Assembly (NCBI GenBank): GCA_964635905.1
Contig: CAZWPK010000001.1
Location: 68,894-132,893 of the forward strand
DNA: 64,000 bases
DNA from: an uncultured Pseudomonadales bacterium
GTDB taxonomy: Bacteria; Patescibacteriota; Microgenomatia; UBA1400; UBA12028
Reading direction: 5' to 3'
The notes under the pieces are model-generated. The model was not told where the DNA came from and made no database searches. It worked only from the letters and a program-made list of their open reading frames with translations. Positions 39,501 to 44,217 of this stretch are shown here, piece after piece. The first letter of the stretch is position 1. Each line of letters opens with the position of its first letter. The translations under genes and the position numbers were made by a program.

Positions 39501-42500
39501 TGTGATCTCCAGAAAGAGCAGCCGTGAAGTCAAAGGCAATCGCGTCAGCGGCTACACTGATTCCCGTTCCCGCTCCGATATCCAGGGTGACGTCGCCGGA
39601 AGCTCCGCCGCCAGTGAGTCCTGATCCAGCCGTTACAGAAGAAATATCTCCAGCAGCTCCTGCGGTAATGGCGGCATCTAAATCATCCAACACATCCTGA
39701 ACAGTGGTTGACGCGGAGTTTCCAAATTCATCAAACACTCCAACTAGTGAGGCTCCGGAAGTAATGTTATCCGTTCCAACATCGTTCAAGCCAATCGTGC
39801 CAATGGTCAGATCTCCACCGGCATTGATGGTCAAATTCACCACATCCGAGACGGTACCGGTCGTAATATCAATGCCGTTAATCGTCTCATTGGTTGCAGC
39901 GGTGAGTGTCCCCGTGGTATTGAGGTTCCCTGATGCATCCACTTGGAAGGCGTTGGCAGTTCCAGAGTTGAATGTTCCGGAGACATCGAGGTTTCCTGTA
40001 ATTGCGGTAGCGCCTGCGGCAATGGTGAGTGCATCGGAAGCAAAGGTCAGGGTGGGATCGGTGGCACCAGAGCCATCGAAGGTCCAGGTGAAGTTCGAGT
40101 TCGCTCCAAAGATGGTGGTGCCGACTTCAGTCGAATCAAACGTGACGGTGGGACTCCATCCTTCACCTGCGGCACCGCTAATATCAATCGCAGTTCCTTC
40201 GGTGAGTCCGGCAACATAGTTCCCAACGGTCTGGGTACCTAAGTCAACGGCATTATTGGCAATCGAAATATTGGCTTCATTGGACGGTGAGGCGATCAAG
40301 GAAAATTCTGTGCCAAAATCCAAGGTATCCACGTTGGTGCCAACCGCAACATCATTATTCTCCACGTTGACCACGGCAAACGAAGCACCCGTATCGGATC
40401 CACATTCCCACAAACTGGTCGCATCATTCCATTTCAGAACTTGGCCATCCGAACACCCTTGGAGTAATCCAATGCGATCGGTGTCGACTTCTAGTCCCGA
40501 TGCAGATCCCGTGGATCCCGTACCATCGGCCGAAATCAATTGCAGGGCATCGGCATCCAAATATCCTGTGGCGGTTGTCAGCGTAACTGGTGTAGACCCA
40601 GCCAGCAATTGACCACTTACCAGGACGTTTCCACCGGAGAAGACAAATTGATCAGAGGTATTATAGGACAAACTACCAGTATCTCCAGTGGATGAATACA
40701 GCGACAGGGTTGCATCGGCAGTGGCGCCAGTCCCAATCCGAACCAGGTTACTTGCCACATTCACGGAAAAAGAAGAGGCTAGGGTAGAGCCACCAATCGC
40801 AACGTCATCCGTCGTGGCGGTAAGGTAGGAGAGGGTTCCGGAGTCTGTCCACTTGGAAGCACCCGATCCCATGGCAGAGTCAAAATCATCCAAGACGTCT
40901 TGAAGCGTCGTTGCATTGGAGTTATTAAATTCATCATACACACCAATCAAGGCTGCTCCGGAGGTGGTGTTACTGGAGCCGATGTCATTGAGTCCAATCC
41001 CGCCAATCGACAGATCTTGACCCGCTGTTAAGTTCAGAGAACCCGCACTGTTAATGGTTAACACGTCGGTTCCATCCGAAGCTTCGATCACAAAGTAGTT
41101 TGCAGTTTGGGTGCTGTTTCCTTGAATGAGGAATTGGATCTCATCGCTATCGCCATCAATGCCTAGTTTTGCTAAGTCGAGTGTCGAGCCAATAGTCAGA
41201 TCATCCGTGGTTGCGGTCAGATAGGTTACATCTCCACCATCCGTGAAGAGATTTAAGGATGCGCCATCGCCCCAACTGAAGCCACCGGTTGCAGAGTTAT
41301 AGGAGAGCAGCGCCCCATTAGCTGCGGTTCCAGAGACTTTGATATCGACAGCTGCGATACTGCCATCTTCTAACTCAGCGGAAGCAATCGAGGTCCCTAA
41401 ACTGGTTTGCAAGGATCCATTGGAGACTAAGAGTCCCGTGCCGGTCAAGTCCGTAAAGGAATCTCCATTCAGTGAGAGGGTACCAATCGTTGCCGTGGTG
41501 AGTTGGGCGTTGGGACCATACAAGGTGCCGTCCAATTCAATGTCCCCTGAAACGAATAAATCTCCGGCTGCGGAGTCAATACTTCCTGGAGTGGAATCTC
41601 CAATCAACACCGCTCCACCACCCGGATCAATGACAAGATCTCCCGGCGTTGAAAGCGTATTCCCCGCAATGGTTAAGTCTCCGCCTACGGTTGTGGTACT
41701 CGTGGCGGATCCAATGGTGATGAGCTGGGCAATCGACGGGAAGATGGAAGCGGATGTTACGGAGGTGAGCAACTGTCCACTTTCCAGGGTTAAGGAGCCA
41801 GCAATGGTTGCGTCTTTTGCCACACGGAAATTCTCATTGAGCACGGTATCAACGTTGAGCGAGAAGCGTGTGTACTCTAAGGCGGTGCTACCTAAGATAA
41901 CCGACGGCATCTGCACTGATTCCGGAGCTTTTTTGCCCAAAACGAGGAATCTAGGAGCTTGTAATCGAGGAAGACGGAAGCCTAAGGCAATCGTCTGTAG
42001 TTTTGCAAACTCCACACTGGGAGTACTCGTCACGATCAAGGACGAGAGAGCAAGTAGGGCAATACAACACACCGTTACCAAGGCTGGGCGCAGATCCGCA
42101 ATACTGAGGCTTGGAAACGACACCGTGGGGAGATGGAAAGAAGGTAGCCGTAAGGAGAGCTGCTTGTGCGTGGAAACGGAGTGGGTGATCGAGGACCTCT
42201 CAACGAGTGGTGCGGATACGATGGGTGTACTGGTGGTTGCCACTACAGTAGGGGTGACCGCCGTTTCGCCATAGGGAACGGAAGTGGAGACTGGGGCAGT
42301 ATATAACCCGCGTTCGATGGCTTTCTTGTGTTTCTTGAATTCCTGAAGTTGGAGATACGAATAGCGTCGGTGACCTCCCAAAGTTCGAAGCGGTTCTAAG
42401 ATTCCACGATCTTCCCAGCGTCGGAGAGTTTTTTCAGAAACTTTAAGGATCCTGGCGGCCTCTTGAATGGAAAGTGAGCTAGTATCGAAGTGATTTTCCG

Positions 42501-42510
42501 GCAAACTCAT
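27553..42510 (-). CDS. giant (4985 aa) repeat-rich surface protein: N-terminal MerR-type HTH, single TM anchor, long tandem-repeat ectodomain, phage tail-fibre-like modules
   Basis: Uninterrupted 14958-nt ORF. Residues 13-52 (SIQEAARILKVSEKTLRRWEDRGILEPLRTLGGHRRYSYLQL) match the MerR/excisionase HTH. TM at residues 143-162. At least 8 near-identical units of about 410 aa (NETINGIDITTGTVSDVVNLTINAGGDLTIG...). Motifs NVGIGTQTPSSALHV and NVGIGTTGPDGKLDV resemble the fibre-module signature GNVGIGTTxPxxKLxV. Gly/Thr/Ser-rich beta-solenoid-like composition. Confidence 0.8.
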   Translation of the reverse strand: MSLPENHFDTSSLSIQEAARILKVSEKTLRRWEDRGILEPLRTLGGHRRYSYLQLQEFKKHKKAIERGLYTAPVSTSVPYGETAVTPTVVATTSTPIVSAPLVERSSITHSVSTHKQLSLRLPSFHLPTVSFPSLSIADLRPALVTVCCIALLALSSLIVTSTPSVEFAKLQTIALGFRLPRLQAPRFLVLGKKAPESVQMPSVILGSTALEYTRFSLNVDTVLNENFRVAKDATIAGSLTLESGQLLTSVTSASIFPSIAQLITIGSATSTTTVGGDLTIAGNTLSTPGDLVIDPGGGAVLIGDSTPGSIDSAAGDLFVSGDIELDGTLYGPNAQLTTATIGTLSLNGDSFTDLTGTGLLVSNGSLQTSLGTSIASAELEDGSIAAVDIKVSGTAANGALLSYNSATGGFSWGDGASLNLFTDGGDVTYLTATTDDLTIGSTLDLAKLGIDGDSDEIQFLIQGNSTQTANYFVIEASDGTDVLTINSAGSLNLTAGQDLSIGGIGLNDIGSSNTTSGAALIGVYDEFNNSNATTLQDVLDDFDSAMGSGASKWTDSGTLSYLTATTDDVAIGGSTLASSFSVNVASNLVRIGTGATADATLSLYSSTGDTGSLSYNTSDQFVFSGGNVLVSGQLLAGSTPVTLTTATGYLDADALQLISADGTGSTGSASGLEVDTDRIGLLQGCSDGQVLKWNDATSLWECGSDTGASFAVVNVENNDVAVGTNVDTLDFGTEFSLIASPSNEANISIANNAVDLGTQTVGNYVAGLTEGTAIDISGAAGEGWSPTVTFDSTEVGTTIFGANSNFTWTFDGSGATDPTLTFASDALTIAAGATAITGNLDVSGTFNSGTANAFQVDASGNLNTTGTLTAATNETINGIDITTGTVSDVVNLTINAGGDLTIGTIGLNDVGTDNITSGASLVGVFDEFGNSASTTVQDVLDDLDAAITAGAAGDISSVTAGSGLTGGGASGDVTLDIGAGTGISVAADAIAFDFTAALSGDHTLAANESKFGVSGLIFEGATANTIETYFSVADATSADKTITFPDLTGTVLLSGHTFTGDVTATLGASNTTALTIAADSVALGTDTTGNYVANVTGTNGITVTGTAGEGWTAALELASTTAGNGLTLTTGVLDVGAGNGITVATDSVAVDQAYAFVWTSDHSFQQADPTLYFNDTTSAAEDYYISVDADNFVIANNTDVRNDILIEGTGRINIGDNTTGKTIDIAGVSSSAADTVNIATNSTAADVITIGNNNASTTLALTGGDDWSISTAGAIVTASTISAATDETINGIDINTGTVTDVVNLTVNAGGDLTIGTIGLNDVGTTNITSGSSLVGVFDEFTNSNSTTVQDVLDDLDAAITAGAAGDISSVTAGSGLTGGGASGDVTLDIGAGTGISVAADAIAFDFTAALSGDHTLAANESKFGVSGLIFEGATANTIETYFSVADATSADKTITFPDLTGTVLLSGHTFTGDVTATLGASNTTALTIAADSVALGTDTTGNYVAGLTEGTAIDVSGTAGEAWSPTVTFDSTELGTTTFGSGSGVVWTFDVGATDPTFTFASDALTIAATSTGITGNLDVSGTLASGTANAFQVDGSGNISTSGTLAVNGGTATFGSNGTDGSIVVYNELGATDYSVTLQPSASQTGSYSLTLPVDDGTSDYVLTTNGSGVLSWQSVTGIGAGTGDITTVGSMATGDVFTDATADDDWLGLGASAGRIEFDDQATDEVNIIAANVGIGTQTPSSALHVAGATGITIGTDIGSGSSNVPGKLALISNGDNAYSTVFQTGTQTQDVTYTLPTNDGSSNQVLITDGAGVLSWIDVTGIGGAGDITSVVAGSGLTGGGVSGDVTLNIGEGTAIDINADDIAWDSTEVGTTTFGSGSGITWTFDAGATDPTIAFASDSITLTGGTITAAGTLALGSNNLTVTGGTLSTAELLLLDGRSGTLVDSNNVATYATTGVTAGSGLTGGGTVGALTLNIGAGTGISVAADAIAFDFTAALSGDHTLAANESKFGVSGLIFEGATANTIETYFAITDPTASDKTITFPDLSGTVLLSGHTFTGDVTATLDSDNSTGLTIAADSVALGTDTTGNYVAGLTEGTAIDISGSAGEAWSPTVTFDSTELGTTTFGSGSGVTWTFDVGATDPTLAFASDALTITAGSTAVAGNLDVSGTLTSGTGNAFQVDASGNVNTTGTLTAATNETINGIDITTGTVSDVVNLTINAGGDLTIGAIGLNDVGTDNITSGASLVGVFDEFGNSASTTVQDVLDDLDAAITTASAGDISSVTAGSGLTGGGVSGDVTLDIGAGTGISVVADAIAFDFTAALSGDHTLAATESKFGQSGLIFEGATANTIETYLAVTDPTTTDKTITLPDLSGTVLLSGHTFTGDVTATLGASNTTALTIAADSVALGTDTTGNYVAGLTEGTAIDISGTAGEAWSPTVTFDSTELGTTTFGSGSGITWTFDVGATDPTLAFASDALTITAGSTAIAGNLDISGTLTSGTGNAFQVDASGAITAATAETINGIDISSGTVTDVVNLTVNAGGDLTIGTIGLNDVGSDNITSGASLVGVFDEFGNSASTTVQDVLDDLDAAITAGAAGDISSVTAGSGLTGGGVSGDVTLNVGEGTAIDINADDIAWDSTEVGTTTYGSGSGITWTFDAGATDPTIAFGSDTMTLTAGTITTAGTLALGSNNLTITGGTLSTAELLLLDGRSGTLVDSNNVATYATTGVTAGSGLTGGGTVGALTLDIGAGTGIAVNANDIAFDFTAALSGDHTLSANNAKFGQSGLIFEGATTNTIETYFTVTDPTTSDKTITFPDLSGTVLLSGHTFTGDITATLGASNTTALTISSDSVALGTDTTGNYVAGLTEGTAIDVSGTPGEGWSPTVTFDSTELGTTTFGSGSGVVWTFDVGATDPTLTFASDALTITAGSTGITGNLDVSGTLTSGTANAFQVDASGNLNTTGTLTAATNETINGIDITTGTVSDVVNLTINAGGDLTIGTIGLNDVGTDNITSGSSLVGTFDEFANSASTTVQDVLDDLDASITTALAGDISSVTAGSGLTGGGVSGDVTLNIGEGTAIDINADDIAWDSTEVGTTTYGSGSDFTWTLNGSGVTDPTLAAGNNSLTLTAGTITAAGTLALGSNNVTVTGGTLSTAELLLLDGRSGTLVDSNNVATYATTGVTAGSGLTGGGTVGALTLNIGAGTGISVAADAIAFDFTAALSGDHTLAANESKFGVSGLIFEGATANTIETYFSVADATSADKTITFPDLTGTVLLSGHTFTGDVTATLGAANTTALTIASDSVALGTDTTGNYIAGLTEGTAIDVSGSAGEAWSPTVTFDSTELGTTTFGSGSGITWTFDAGATDPTLAFASDALTITAGSTGITGNLDVSGTLISGTANAFQVDASGAITAATAETINGIDINTGTVSDVVNLTINTGGDLTIGAIGLNDVGTDNITSGASLVGVFDEFGNSASTTVQDVLDDLDAAIAGSGGDITSVVAGSGLTGGGITGDVTLNVGEGTAIDINADDIAWDSTEVGTTTYGSGSGFTWTFDAGATDPTLAFASDSMTLTAGAITAAGNLTVSGTTGLTLSGVGGDITFANGEKIDNDTDGTVTITAPTTAVSGDLSVGGGDITTAGGENIDLGEATADTATFYINSVAELALNATNLTAGAAEGNSLGSAAAEWEQLFLGDDNGIAFGLDQDWTLGYDEATDDRLELVTAGTSGMLIQSATATGTGLATTFNALSSGTGLALSSTSTALTSGSLASLDWSPGSATTASGDLFRINIGTNGTTTGNLFDIEDTGSSLFSVSESAITANLPTSFTAAGDVSMAYDLLFTNQTAAYIKSYGPLILQAGESFENNNLSFQTYGTGNAVFDFQGTGDVVINSADPNIILDTKTATDTDFWLGVQEDAGSDDDDLFQIGDGTTPGTNAFLTINTSGNVGIGTTGPDGKLDVLATSGSQLRLTYADGSTYSDLTTDTNGDLTIAPSGGDLTLSGNTTISGTTGLTLSGVGGDITFANGEKIDNDTDGTVTITAPTTAVSGDLSVGGGDITTAGGENIDLGEATADTATFYINSVAELALNATNLTAGAAEGNSLGSAAAEWEQLFLGDDNGIAFGLDQDWTLGYDEATDDRLELVTAGTSGMLIQSATATGTGLALSVNALSSGTGLSLASTSTAFTSGFLANFDWSPGSATSATGDLFRINIGTNGSTSGNLFSVADTASSLFSVSETAITAALPVAFNAPGDVSMAYDLQFTNQTTSSIKSKAPLYIEAGENYESNDLTLRTYNGGDIVADLTGTGNFVVSNTSTSVTGTTATDLNVAGGFITTNDLDTISLLVRNGNTGAITMTNVGTAGAQGDPGVLTVEGAGSSTTAYNLITAYNSLTRSDAASVFRVRADGTVYGEAAFQTTGADLAEYFEKEGDLPTNEVVGINYETGKVRRFQSGDKLLGITSNRAGFVGNYPKGKTDEQIAASYALVGFTGQLDVKLDDQEGSIRPGDPLRPSTQSGRATKANKPGYIIGYALEAWTPGSGDRDVLVYVNPSFADPTMALDNQGQMVADGLAQLASNPEAEANKTLIRSIAASLSEIVESTSNVFTTLIAGTIQSSSIQTDTLTVGGKSLHNLVIDTIAQNGYLVSQSERVDTREASISGILTAAEATISGNLTAKNITEMANRLITAEASISSLLAQDSTISGQQKDELLASLNPEIKLIVSDLLSDSADWNTEASSSADLISADAVFANEYLNVQGTASITNAHINTALIVGSSMAFDKNSINLISDTESTLYVQATGTGTLDLLAGALTLNREGGLVVTTDALFTQDVTVQGQLSTTLIAPESKILGIQLASESGVLSSESGKLAIKSGMTEVASIDASGSATFAKLTLSAPTTASGSATNASTGKAVLKQGQTDVIIYTTQVSSDSLIYITPTSSTNNQVLYVSGKQGQDETTTTVGGFTVTLDQALSKDVEFNWWIIN
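30041..31680. repeat. direct duplication of about 1.26 kb inside the giant gene (type B unit x2)
   Basis: 30041-30420 is base-identical to 31301-31680. It encodes two copies of TISGTTGLTLSGVGGDITFANGEKIDNDTDGTVTITAPTT...GMLIQSATATGTGLA. Confidence 0.75.
32600..40250. repeat. tandem array of near-identical coding repeats of about 1.24-1.34 kb inside the giant gene (type A, at least 7-8 units)
   Basis: Identical stretches can be seen directly, e.g. 38042-38266 = 39281-39505. Repeated protein blocks AT[N/D/A]ETINGIDI[T/N/S][T/S]GTV[S/T]DVVNLT[I/V]N[A/T]GGDLTIG recur. Array boundaries are approximate. Confidence 0.7.
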
Positions 42511-42557
42511 ACATGGGTAAGTTTTTAACTCAGTCTCTTTTCGTTAACCTCTTGATC

Positions 42558-42669
42558 AAATGTCCAATTCTTGTTTTCGTTTTATGTCCAAATTTAGTAG
42601 ACCATTTTTTCGCACCCGGTGTCAAGCATGGAAATTGGACATTTTTATGAGTAAAAGTCCAAGTTTTTA
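42558..42669. promoter_or_regulatory. cluster of four AAATGTCCAA(A/G)TTT-like motifs in the divergent intergenic region upstream of the giant gene
   Basis: aaatgtccaattc (42558-42570), tatgtccaaattt (42583-42595), inverted aaattggacattt (42633-42645), aaagtccaagttt (42654-42666). A fifth copy aaatgtccaagttt lies at 43252-43265. Confidence 0.45.
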
Positions 42670-43427
42670 TAGGCAGATGCAATCCCGTCTTTTTTGTGTC
42701 AAAAACCTCAAATTTGATGGCAAATTGACTAAAAATACTCTGGAAATGAAATGAACTGCATAGTGCTCTGAATACCTAAAAACCTGCGGTAGTAGCGCGG
42801 TAATATCACAAGAATACGAATCTCTTGCTTTCAAGATGTAGACAGGTAAAAAATAGTTATCACCGCAGATTAAATCAGAGATAACGCGGCAGTATTATTT
42901 GCAAGAAGTATGGAAATGGATTTTTTGTGCTGTAACCGAACTGAGTAGCTTTTTTCTTCACTTTAGTATCCAAACAGCACTTTTTTTAAACTGTCTCAAC
43001 ACGTTCTTGCAATCCCCGTACTCAGAAAATGGAGTTTTTCCGACCAAGGGGGTACGCAAACGGGGAATACCGCACGCTCATTCTCCTCGTCTCCCGTCGA
43101 TTGCGGTGGGAAGCCAGCCTATCGGCATACCCAACATATAGCGACATCTACTTTGGGTGCAACCCAATCTCAATGAGTGCGTCGATTACTACGATGCAAA
43201 GAAGAGCTCCTTAATCCAACCGTAGGTTTATGATCAATCTTCTTATAGAGTAAATGTCCAAGTTTCGCGGCACGAAATGTTCTAAATACATTGTGTTCAT
43301 CGGTAATTTAATACGCACTGTCGTTGCGTAAAATGGCCAATCTACTGCCGAACGATGCTTCGGGTATTCATTCCTCGGTGTGGAACCACTTTGCATATCG
43401 ACCAAGAACAACGCTATACTAAGCCTA

Positions 43428-44198
43428 ATGCATCGTATTGGAATCTATCTACTAGCGGCTCTATTTCTTCTCTTCGTTTCTTCGCGCAGTGTCTCTGCTC
43501 AAATAAGTTCATCGGGAGTCGCAACACCCGTGATCGTGGGGGGGACTGCGCCCTCCCTTGGAAGCGTAATCTGTTCTGGAAAGGGAAGTTATGAACTCTG
43601 CTCCAATACCTATGACACTTCTATCTTTGGTGTCGTTTCGACGATTCCTGCAGCCTCGTTTGACATGGAGCCGCAAGAGAATCAGTACTTGGCTGTTACC
43701 CATGGAAAGACGATCGTCCAAGTTGTGGGAAGTGGAGGAGCGATTAAAAATGGAGATTTGCTAACGAGTTCCGAGCGACCGGGGTTTGCCCAGAAAGCCG
43801 ATCGCAATGGCTATGTTTTGGGGATGGCTCTGGAAGATTTTAACCCGAATAGTCCGGATGAAACGACAACGCTGCTCGTGTCCTTAAACATCCATCCCAC
43901 GACCATTTTTATTGACGTCAAGAACAATTTGTTTAAAGCACTTCAACAAGGATTGTCCGCACCGATTTTGACGCCACTAGCTGCCATGCGCTATATGATT
44001 GCGGCGTTGGTCACCGTACTCTCGTTCATTCTTGGGTTCGTCTATTTTGGCCGATTTGCAAAAACCGGAATTGAAGCGATCGGACGAAATCCTCTGGCGC
44101 GGTTTCAAATCCAAACCACTGTTATTTTTAACTTATTCTTAATGGCAGGAATCTTTGTGGTCGGACTCGCGCTCTCGTACTTTATCTTAGTCTTGTAG
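43428..44198 (+). CDS. secreted protein (signal peptide) with a C-terminal two-helix membrane hairpin resembling F-ATPase c-subunit but lacking the ion-binding carboxylate
   Basis: MHRIGIYLLAALFLLFVSSRSVSAQ is the signal peptide. C-terminus GIEAIGRNPLARFQIQTTVIFNLFLMAGIFVVGLALSYFILVL compares with Bacillus-type subunit c [41 protein letters not shown], with the Glu position replaced by Met. Start placed at the Met after the in-frame track extension. Confidence 0.55.
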   Translation: MHRIGIYLLAALFLLFVSSRSVSAQISSSGVATPVIVGGTAPSLGSVICSGKGSYELCSNTYDTSIFGVVSTIPAASFDMEPQENQYLAVTHGKTIVQVVGSGGAIKNGDLLTSSERPGFAQKADRNGYVLGMALEDFNPNSPDETTTLLVSLNIHPTTIFIDVKNNLFKALQQGLSAPILTPLAAMRYMIAALVTVLSFILGFVYFGRFAKTGIEAIGRNPLARFQIQTTVIFNLFLMAGIFVVGLALSYFILVL

Positions 44199-44217
44199 TG
44201 AACCGCGTTGGTTTAAA

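Noticed and set aside
29900-40250. Regularly spaced identical repeats considered as a possible CRISPR array
   Set aside because: The units are 1.2-1.3 kb long, contiguous with no spacers, and lie in frame inside one ORF. They are coding tandem repeats, not CRISPR. No cas genes are present.
27730-42274. About 40 plus-strand ORFs of 60-311 aa inside the giant gene (e.g. 31865..32554, 35537..36229, 41339..42274), several of them identical to each other
   Set aside because: These are antisense artefacts of the minus-strand giant ORF. Its GGT/ACC/AGT-rich repeat codons leave few stops in the complementary frames. The ORFs are identical to each other only because the underlying coding repeats are identical. 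Their proteins are low-complexity (P/V/S/A-rich) with no start context.
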